Assembly (NCBI GenBank): GCA_049976845.1
Contig: JBMFHL010000019.1
Coordinates: 1 to 12,069, forward strand
DNA length: 12,069 bases
Direction: 5' to 3'
From: Candidatus Micrarchaeia archaeon
Lineage (GTDB): Archaea > Micrarchaeota > Micrarchaeia > Micrarchaeales > CABMGC01
In this document: positions 1 through 7,124 of the stretch, one piece after another
Position numbering within the stretch: the stretch's first letter is position 1
Layout of the letters: every line of letters starts with the position of its first letter
Program-made: the position numbers and the translations under genes
Notes under the pieces: generated by a model
Database searches by the model: none
Seen by the model: the letters and a program-made list of their open reading frames with translations, nothing else
What the model was told of the DNA's origin: nothing

Positions 1-1519
1 GGTACATCCCTGTTACTCCGTCTTCATTATTTGTTATTATTGCATCCCCTGTCCTTGGAGAGAACACCTGTTCGTTTACCCACATAAGGTATTTTGCTTC
101 TGCTTGTGCCTCAAGTGTCTGCGGAACATGCAAGTTCATTTCGTCTCCGTCGAAGTCTGCGCCATAAGGGTGAGTGGCGTCGAAATTTACCCTGAAGGTC
201 TTGCCAGGCATAACCCTAGCTCTGTGGGCCATTATTGAAATCCTGTGAAGCGAAGGCTGCCTGTTGAATAGGACAATATCGCCATCCATAAGCTGCCGCT
301 CTAGTATATCCCCTACAGCGATTGACTTTACTGCTTCTTCCCTTGCGGTGTCTACTATGCGGTGCCTTTTGCCATCCCTTGATATTATGCCAATCACTGT
401 TGGATACTCTGATCTTGATACAAGTTCCTTTGCTTTGCTGATATTCCATTCTGTTACATAAAATGGCACTGTAAGCTTCTTTGCTATTTCAATTGGCACG
501 CCAACCTCGTCTATGTCTATATAAGGGTCTACAGAGATTACGGTTCTTGCTGAGAAGTTCACCCTTTTGCCGCTAAGATTATATCTGAACCTTCCTTCTT
601 TACCCTTTAGCCTTTGGGCCAGTGTTTTAAGCGCTCTGCCGCTCCTGTGCCTTGCTGGCGGTATGCCAGGTGCTTCATTGTTGAAATACGTCGTAATATT
701 GTACTGCAGCAGCTCCCAGAGGTCGTCTATTATTATCTGCGGCGCTCCGGCATTTATATTCTGCTCTAGCCTCTGATTTATACGCATGATATCGACAAGC
801 TTGTGTGTAAGATCATCTTCGCTCCTCTCTCCTGATTCGAGCGTTATTGAAGGCCTCACATTTACCGGGGGAACAAGAAGGGATGTTAGTATGAGCCATT
901 CTGGTCTGCTTGTACTTGGATCTATTCCAAGCAGCTTCAAATCATCGTCACTGATTTTGCTCAGTCTTTCCCTTATCTCATCAGGCTTCAGCCTTCTATC
1001 CCCTATGTAGAAGTATGTTGGCGCCTCAAATTTTACCTTTTGCTGTACTGCACCGCAGTGCGGGCATTTCTTTATGCTTCTAAGCTTTTTCATGATCTGG
1101 TTTTTATCATTTACCTTGTCGCTTTCGCTTTCGAATATTTCATCGCTTCCGACTATTACCTCCTTGAGATCTTCGCGAACATCGCTTATCTGCTCTTCGT
1201 TGAGAAGCACCCTTCCGCATTCCTGACACGTAGACTGCAGCAGCATGTAGATTATTTTTGAGAATTCCGAGTGTATAACAGGCCTTATAAGCTCAATGTG
1301 GCCAAAGTGGCCTGGACAGATCTTAGCCCTAGCTCCGCATGTTTTGCAGACAAGCCCAGGGTCTATTACACCTAGCCTCTGATCTAGCAAACCGCCATCT
1401 ATAGGGTAGCCATCCTCGTTGTATGTATCTGGAACTGTAAGCTTGGCTACGCTGAGCCTCTTTATCTGCTCTGGTGAGAGCACACCAAATTTTATATAAT
1501 CTATCAATTCTGCTTGCAT
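1..1519 (-). CDS. rpoA1: DNA-directed RNA polymerase subunit A' (Rpo1N), 3'-truncated by the window edge (about 506 codons visible)
   Basis: Manual translation from ATG at 1519 gives MQAELIDYIKFGVLSPEQIKRLSV, Zn site CKTCG...CPGHFGH, LKGKEGRFRYNLSGKRVNFSARTV, NRQPSLHR and the catalytic loop ADFDGDEMNLHVPQ, which is in frame with the start. SD GGAGTGAT at 1524-1531 overlaps the rpoB' stop. Missing from the ORF track because there is no stop inside the window. Confidence 0.98.
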   Translation of the reverse strand, partial: MQAELIDYIKFGVLSPEQIKRLSVAKLTVPDTYNEDGYPIDGGLLDQRLGVIDPGLVCKTCGARAKICPGHFGHIELIRPVIHSEFSKIIYMLLQSTCQECGRVLLNEEQISDVREDLKEVIVGSDEIFESESDKVNDKNQIMKKLRSIKKCPHCGAVQQKVKFEAPTYFYIGDRRLKPDEIRERLSKISDDDLKLLGIDPSTSRPEWLILTSLLVPPVNVRPSITLESGERSEDDLTHKLVDIMRINQRLEQNINAGAPQIIIDDLWELLQYNITTYFNNEAPGIPPARHRSGRALKTLAQRLKGKEGRFRYNLSGKRVNFSARTVISVDPYIDIDEVGVPIEIAKKLTVPFYVTEWNISKAKELVSRSEYPTVIGIISRDGKRHRIVDTAREEAVKSIAVGDILERQLMDGDIVLFNRQPSLHRISIMAHRARVMPGKTFRVNFDATHPYGADFDGDEMNLHVPQTLEAQAEAKYLMWVNEQVFSPRTGDAIITNNEDGVTGMY

Positions 1520-1524
1520 TAATA

Positions 1525-3354
1525 TCACTCCTTCATCTTTATCTTTGGGAATATGTGCAGAGATTTTATCTCGTCAAGAAGCAACTTGAAGGCATAGCTT
1601 ATTTCCACTTGCTCTAGATTGTTGCTGCCACATATAGGGCATATGTCGATTTTCTTTATATAATCGTGGTAGCCTATATTGCCGCATTCCTTGCATATCA
1701 GCACAGTTGCCTTGTCGCTCTGCTCCAGAAGCCTCTCCTTTAGCAGGAGGCTTGCACCATATCCTACAAGTACATCCCTTTCCATCTCTCCGAATCTCAA
1801 GCCACCCTGCCTCGCTTTTCCTTCAGTTGGCTGATGGGTAAGTATCTGCACTGGACCGCGGCTCCTCACCTGCAATTTATTGCTTACCATGTGGTAGAGC
1901 CTGTTGTAATAGGAAATTCCTATGAATAGCTTAGATTTGAAAGGCTCGCCGGTTATGCCGTCATAAAGTACCTCTTCGCCATATTTTGCAAAGCCATGGC
2001 TTTCTACAATTTTTGAATACTCATTTATTCTGTCACTGCCTTTCTCGGCAAATGGCGTGCCGTCTATCTGCCTGCCATTCATTGCTGCAGCTTTTCCAGC
2101 AAGCTCCTCAAGCAAATGCCCAAAGGTAAGCCTTGAAGGTATACTGTGTGGATTAAGCAACAGATCAGGCACAATGCCGTCTTTTGTAAAAGGCATGTCT
2201 TCTTGAGGCACAAGCATTGCTATTACCCCTTTCTGACCGTGCCTGCTTGCAAATTTGTCTCCTATTTCAGGTATTCTTAAGCTTCTTATCCTCACTTTGA
2301 CGACTTTTGTTGCTCCTGTTGTTTCTGTGAAGACAACACTGTCAACTACACCATGTTCGCCTGCCTTGAGCGATGTTGAATCATCCCTTATCTTTTCTTC
2401 TAGACCTGTGGCACCAATGTTTTCTTCGAGGAATCTTGGAGGTGCGATCTTGCCAATTAATACGTCACCTTCATTTACAGGCATCTCTGGCTCTATTATA
2501 CCGTCGTCGCTCAGCTTTGAATAAGCAGATTCGCCAAGGTAGCCCTCAGCTGTTGCAGGAGGCAACTTGAATGTATCTTTTTGCCCTCCAGGATACCTTC
2601 TCTCTTCATCAGAATATGTTTTGTAAAACATGCTCCTGCCAAGGCCCCTGTCAACGGCAGCCTTGTTTACTACTATTGCGTCGGCCATATTATAGCCGTA
2701 GTATGTTGATAATGCCACTATAAAATTCTGTCCGCTTGGGTGCGTACTTATGTTCGCCATCTTGTATGGCGCCGTAGTTACAAGCGGCACTTGAGGGTAG
2801 AAAAGTATGTATGATCTGGAGTCAAATCTCAAGTTGAAATTTGTTGCATAAAGGCCTTCCCCCTGCTTAATGAAATTGGCGCTCATTGCATGCCTTGCAG
2901 CGCTGTTGTGCTCTTGGTACGGGCTTGAGCCTATTGTAAAACCGAAGATCGAATCTATATCCACTTCCAAGTGGGTTGTATCCTCTTTTATTTCGTTCTC
3001 GTAGAATGCAACAAGTGCATTTTCTTCTTCCTCTGCATCTAGATATTCTATTATGCCATGCCTCAGCAGGTAGTTGAAATCTATCTCTTTCTTCTTTACC
3101 TTTTCCAAGATGTCGCTTGTGAGCTTTGACTTGCCATTTTCTACTATTATATACGGCTTCCTCACCCTCCCTACATCTGAATTGACATGCACTGCATTTA
3201 CATTGCTAACGTATGCTACGTTTATCTCTCCGGAGATTAGCCCATTCCTCCTTGCATTCCTTATCTCTTGTGCTAGCTTCTCCCCGTCTTCAACATAGCC
3301 GATTATTCTGCCGTTGAGGTAAACATGACATTTTTCATCTAGTTTTTTTGCCAA
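1525..3354 (-). CDS. rpoB1: DNA-directed RNA polymerase subunit B' (Rpo2C)
   Basis: 609 aa with GDKFASRHGQKG, NPHSIPSR, GGLRFGEMERD and a C-terminal Zn ribbon CKEC...CPIC. TTG start preceded by SD GTGGTG. Confidence 0.98.
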   Translation of the reverse strand: MAKKLDEKCHVYLNGRIIGYVEDGEKLAQEIRNARRNGLISGEINVAYVSNVNAVHVNSDVGRVRKPYIIVENGKSKLTSDILEKVKKKEIDFNYLLRHGIIEYLDAEEEENALVAFYENEIKEDTTHLEVDIDSIFGFTIGSSPYQEHNSAARHAMSANFIKQGEGLYATNFNLRFDSRSYILFYPQVPLVTTAPYKMANISTHPSGQNFIVALSTYYGYNMADAIVVNKAAVDRGLGRSMFYKTYSDEERRYPGGQKDTFKLPPATAEGYLGESAYSKLSDDGIIEPEMPVNEGDVLIGKIAPPRFLEENIGATGLEEKIRDDSTSLKAGEHGVVDSVVFTETTGATKVVKVRIRSLRIPEIGDKFASRHGQKGVIAMLVPQEDMPFTKDGIVPDLLLNPHSIPSRLTFGHLLEELAGKAAAMNGRQIDGTPFAEKGSDRINEYSKIVESHGFAKYGEEVLYDGITGEPFKSKLFIGISYYNRLYHMVSNKLQVRSRGPVQILTHQPTEGKARQGGLRFGEMERDVLVGYGASLLLKERLLEQSDKATVLICKECGNIGYHDYIKKIDICPICGSNNLEQVEISYAFKLLLDEIKSLHIFPKIKMKE

Positions 3355-3365
3355 GCAAACACCAC

Positions 3366-4838
3366 TTAATCCTCTTTTATGCTCCCTATTTCCTTAAGTT
3401 TCTCTTCTGTAAATTTCTCGTCTGCACCTGTAGTTACCTTTGACATTATTGCAAGGTATTTGGTGAGTCCTACCTCCTGCCCTTCAGGGGATTCTGAGGG
3501 GCAGATCTTACCCCACTGCGTACCATGAACATCCCTTGCCCTAAAGTGTGGGTGCTTCTTCGCAAGAGGCGATTTTATACGCCTGAGATGCGCATACGTG
3601 CTCACCATATTTGTCCTGTCAAGCACTTGGGAAACGCCAGTCTGGCCTGCAACCCATGTGCCAGTTCCCATTGCATAAAGTATTTTTTCTGTAAGCGTGT
3701 CAGGGCTTATTATTGTCTGTATGCTCATCCTTCTGCCCCTTGCGCTTGTTCTTTCTATTTGATATTTGACATCTTTTACGAAGAACTTGAATGCGTATGC
3801 AAAGAGCTCCTCCATCAGCTCGCCAGCAAGCTTTATCCTCTTGTTTGCATAATGGTCTTTGTCGTCTTGCTTCAGGTATTTGTTTGCTACGAGCGATGCC
3901 CTCTTTGTTGCTTCTATTAAGTATTTCGCCTTTGCCTGCCTGTCCTCTAGGGTTATTCCTATGTGAGGCAATAGGTATGTGTCTATCTGCGTTTCGGCTC
4001 TCTTCTTCTGATATTCTTGGGCCTGGCCTGGTGCAGAATTCTTTCCTATTTCAAGCATTGCTTCGGATGGTCCAAGCTCTTTCGCATTGCTTATTTCTAT
4101 GTTATATAGTATATCATTTTTTACAACAGGCATTGATTCTACCGCCTTCAATATTTCTTGCACTGTCATGCCCAAAGCCCTTAAAAGCAGTATCAGATCT
4201 ATGTTCTTCGGGGCAGTAGGGAAGTTTACGTTAAATAAACCTTTTTGGTTCCTTGTGACAGCGCAACGCGCCCTAAAGCCGCTAGAAGTAGAAAATACTT
4301 TGCTTGTTACTTCAGCGCCGCCTTTCTCCTTTGTTGTCATTATTCTGTTTGGCGCAAGATCTTCTAATCCTATTAGCACTCTCTCTGTGCCTTTTATTAT
4401 GAAATAACCTCCAGGATCATTAGGATCCTCTCCGCTCTTGAGGAGTTGGCCCTTTGGCATGTTTCTCATGTGACAGATGTTGCTCCTCAGCATTATCGGA
4501 AGCTCGCCTATAAACACTTCGCCATAAGAAGCCTGCTTTTCTATGCCTCTTATCACTGGCACAAATTCGAGAAATATTGGCGCTGCATAAGTTAGATTCC
4601 TCAATCTTGCCTCATTCGGCATTATGTTCCTTCTTGAGCTGTCAGCCTCTATTATTGAAGGCTTGTCAAGCCTGAGCTTGCCCAGCTTTAGGGAAAAATC
4701 TTCCACATTTGGCTGTATTATACCTTGCTTTGCTATCACGCGCTGGATTCCAAAATCTAGGAAACGGTTGAAGCTTTCTATCTGCTGCTGCACCAGAGAA
4801 ACTGAGCTCAAGTACGATTCAAGTAGTTCATTAGCCAT
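3366..4838 (-). CDS. rpoB2: DNA-directed RNA polymerase subunit B'' (Rpo2N)
   Basis: Motifs EARLRNLTYAAP, DPGGYFIIKGTERV, DDKDHYANKR, TGVSQVLDR and WGKICPSESPEG. ATG at 4838 (MANELL) is preferred over GTG at 4847 because GTGGT at 4843-4847 then serves as its SD. Confidence 0.97.
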   Translation of the reverse strand: MANELLESYLSSVSLVQQQIESFNRFLDFGIQRVIAKQGIIQPNVEDFSLKLGKLRLDKPSIIEADSSRRNIMPNEARLRNLTYAAPIFLEFVPVIRGIEKQASYGEVFIGELPIMLRSNICHMRNMPKGQLLKSGEDPNDPGGYFIIKGTERVLIGLEDLAPNRIMTTKEKGGAEVTSKVFSTSSGFRARCAVTRNQKGLFNVNFPTAPKNIDLILLLRALGMTVQEILKAVESMPVVKNDILYNIEISNAKELGPSEAMLEIGKNSAPGQAQEYQKKRAETQIDTYLLPHIGITLEDRQAKAKYLIEATKRASLVANKYLKQDDKDHYANKRIKLAGELMEELFAYAFKFFVKDVKYQIERTSARGRRMSIQTIISPDTLTEKILYAMGTGTWVAGQTGVSQVLDRTNMVSTYAHLRRIKSPLAKKHPHFRARDVHGTQWGKICPSESPEGQEVGLTKYLAIMSKVTTGADEKFTEEKLKEIGSIKED

Positions 4839-4846
4839 AAAGACCA

Positions 4847-5089
4847 CTAACCTTTTACGACAAGTCTGTAGTATGCATACTTAGTTTTTGACTGGTAAGG
4901 TGGGTCTTCTCTATATATCCTCAATATCTGTCCGGATTTTGCCCCGAGCTTTTTTGCTTGCGGATCACTCTCGAATATCTTCGGCAATTCCTCCTTTGTG
5001 ATCTTCAGGGCTTCTAAAACCTTCTTGGTCTCCGCATCAGTGAGTATCTCATGCACCGGGACTAATAAATGTTCTCTCTTTGCTACCAA
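4847..5089 (-). CDS. rpoH: DNA-directed RNA polymerase subunit H (Rpo5)
   Basis: 80 aa with HLLVPVHEIL, LPKIFESDP and YYRLVV. Sits in the canonical position before rpoB. TTG start with SD AGGTGG 5 nt upstream. Confidence 0.97.
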   Translation of the reverse strand: MVAKREHLLVPVHEILTDAETKKVLEALKITKEELPKIFESDPQAKKLGAKSGQILRIYREDPPYQSKTKYAYYRLVVKG

Positions 5090-5152
5090 GCATCCACCTA
5101 AAATGAGCTCTAGCTAGCTAACTATACACTATCCTACAGGTCTTATTAATAT

Positions 5153-5180
5153 TATATAAAAAGGTTTATATATATTTTTC
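5153..5180 (-). promoter_or_regulatory. Putative BRE/TATA promoter of the rpoH-B''-B'-A' operon
   Basis: The minus strand reads GAAAAATATATATAAACCTTTTTATATA, i.e. purine-rich BRE-like sequence plus two TATA-like boxes 65-90 nt upstream of rpoH. Confidence 0.6.
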
Positions 5181-5243
5181 TATTCTTTGGTAATGCCAGT
5201 ATTACTCGCAATTGATTGGCTGGGCATTTTTTGAGACGATTGC

Positions 5244-6014
5244 CTATTGATAATAGGGGAGGTATTTATCGTTGCCTTCATTTAACACGTTCTGCCTCTG
5301 CATGCCTTTAAGTACGTCTTTATCTTTATCTATTTTCTCTGAAGATGCTCTTACTATCTCGCTTATTGAATTTTTCAATGAATTTTTCCTCACTTTTTCG
5401 TTGTATGTATCATCTGGAAGGTATTCACAGGCTTTCTGTATGTAATCGATTGCTTCTGAAACGCTTAGCGAATTTAATGCATTGAGGAATTCCCATTTTA
5501 TCATTGTACTCTTAAGCAGTTTTTCGGCCCCTTTGTCTAGCGACATTGACCAGAGAAACTTTTTTATTATTTTATTCATTTCTTCAAAGTCTGAAACTGC
5601 CATCCATGTGTTCAATATGTTTAAGATGCTTACCTCTGGAGGCTTATTGCCCTCTTGCAGATCTATAGGCATTTCATCATCTTCGTCTATGTTATTAATT
5701 ACTCTGTAATTTATGTTTATATTCTCTATATATTCTGTTACCGCCTCATTTATTGCCTCTAGCATTGCATGCAGTAGCAGTAATTTTGAGAGCGCTTCAT
5801 TATTTGGATCTGTCTTTATGCCTGCTTCGCCAAGTGAATTTATCGCATTTTGCATATCCTTTGGGCTTATTATATACTCAATTTCATCCCTTCTAAGCTC
5901 CGCTTCCTGTACGCCTTTGCCGCTGCATTTAGGATAAGTAAAGTCAGACAGGCTATTTAACGCAGTATCTACTATTTTTTTCAGCTCGCTTATATTGGAT
6001 TTTTTTGCTTCCAT
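5244..6014 (-). CDS. Hypothetical protein (256 aa, charged, likely alpha-helical, no recognised family)
   Basis: Long ORF filling the gap between rpoH and kae1, with K/E/I/N-rich composition. TATA-like GTATAAAT lies about 30 nt upstream of the ATG and no SD is evident, consistent with a leaderless mRNA. Confidence 0.8.
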   Translation of the reverse strand: MEAKKSNISELKKIVDTALNSLSDFTYPKCSGKGVQEAELRRDEIEYIISPKDMQNAINSLGEAGIKTDPNNEALSKLLLLHAMLEAINEAVTEYIENININYRVINNIDEDDEMPIDLQEGNKPPEVSILNILNTWMAVSDFEEMNKIIKKFLWSMSLDKGAEKLLKSTMIKWEFLNALNSLSVSEAIDYIQKACEYLPDDTYNEKVRKNSLKNSISEIVRASSEKIDKDKDVLKGMQRQNVLNEGNDKYLPYYQ

Positions 6015-6052
6015 TTAGACATATCAATTTCTGAATAAAAATATTTATACCT

Positions 6053-6075
6053 TGCGTAGATTTGCATACTACGCA
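6053..6075. promoter_or_regulatory. Perfect 7-bp inverted repeat TGCGTAG-N9-CTACGCA, candidate operator
   Basis: Read directly from the sequence. It lies between the divergent TATA-like boxes at about 6042-6049 (minus) and 6086-6093 (plus). Confidence 0.4.
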
Positions 6076-6136
6076 GCACTGGCGATTTATAGATAAATGC
6101 ATTGGTTAATAATAATTTTCCCAACTAAATAATTTT

Positions 6137-7117
6137 ATGCTTGTTATTGGGATAGAAAGCAGCGCACATACGTTTGGTGTAGGCATAGTGAAGGATGGAG
6201 AGATTATAGCAAATGAGAAAAGAACTTATGATGTAGGCAGTGGCGGCATGATACCGGCGAAGGTTGCAGAGTTCCATATTGAGAACGCCAATGAAATTAT
6301 AGGAAGGGCAATTAAAAAAGCAGGCATTGAAATCAATGAGATTGAAGGAGTAGGTTACACAAAAGGCCCTGGATTGGGCCCCTGCCTGCAGGTTGGCGAA
6401 CTTGCAGCTAAGACAATTGCAGAGAGGCTTGATATTGATATAGTGCCAGTTAACCACGGGGTTGCTCATGTTGAAATAGCTAAACATTATGCAAAACTGA
6501 AAGACCCTGTTGCACTTTATGTAAGCGGGGGAAACTCACAGATACTTAAAATTGAAGAGAACCCTTTCAAGCACTACCGTGTACTTGGAGAGACGTTGGA
6601 CATAGGCATTGGAAACATGCTTGACACATTCGCAAGAAGAGTCGGGCTTATGCCCGCATGGGGCTCAAGTGTAGCAAAAGCTGCGATTGGCGGAAGGTAC
6701 CTTGAACTGCCATATACTGTCAAAGGTATGGATTTTTCCTTTACGGGCTTGCTAACAAGATCAATAGAACTTGCGCAGGAGAAGAGAATTGGACTTAAAG
6801 ATTTGTGTTATTCTTTGCAAGAGACAGCTTTCAGTATGGTATGCGAAGCTACTGAGAGGGCGGTACTTCTCACCAAAAGCAAGGAGCTTTGCGTTTGTGG
6901 AGGGGTGGCTCAGAGTGATAGATTAAAAGAAATGCTCGCAATCATCGCTAAGGAGCATCACATCAAGTTTGGCTTTGCCCCAAATGAATTCAACGCGGAT
7001 AATGGGGGTATGATTGCGTTCGTGGCTGAAGGCTTACTTAAAAAAGGTTATAAAGAAAGTGTGCCAAATTGCGGCATAGAGCAGAGGTATAGAATTGACA
7101 GGGCAATACTCGCATGA
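6137..7117 (+). CDS. kae1: KEOPS complex tRNA N6-threonylcarbamoyltransferase Kae1
   Basis: 326 aa with GIESSAHTFGVG, GPGLGPCL, metal-binding HGVAH, LYVSGGNSQ, GETLDIGIGN, ELPYTVKGMDFSF and DNGGMIA. Confidence 0.97.
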   Translation: MLVIGIESSAHTFGVGIVKDGEIIANEKRTYDVGSGGMIPAKVAEFHIENANEIIGRAIKKAGIEINEIEGVGYTKGPGLGPCLQVGELAAKTIAERLDIDIVPVNHGVAHVEIAKHYAKLKDPVALYVSGGNSQILKIEENPFKHYRVLGETLDIGIGNMLDTFARRVGLMPAWGSSVAKAAIGGRYLELPYTVKGMDFSFTGLLTRSIELAQEKRIGLKDLCYSLQETAFSMVCEATERAVLLTKSKELCVCGGVAQSDRLKEMLAIIAKEHHIKFGFAPNEFNADNGGMIAFVAEGLLKKGYKESVPNCGIEQRYRIDRAILA

Positions 7118-7124
7118 TGGTAAA

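Noticed and set aside
216..1261. Five short ORFs (65-77 aa) in the track over this region
   Set aside because: They are shadow ORFs of rpoA', which spans 1-1519 on the minus strand and was missed only because it lacks a stop in the window.
1..4847. Inteins in the RNAP subunits or pseudogenisation explaining the active-site changes
   Set aside because: Subunit lengths and motif spacing are normal, rpoB' and rpoB'' are uninterrupted, the rpoA' catalytic loop is in frame with its start, and most other invariant motifs are intact.
2255..4884. Plus-strand ORFs antisense to rpoB' and rpoB''
   Set aside because: Typical antisense shadows of conserved genes, with no recognisable motifs.
5105..5120. 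Adjacent palindromes GAGCTC and TAGCTAGCTA in the rpoH leader
   Set aside because: Short, low-complexity and single occurrence, so not distinguishable from chance.
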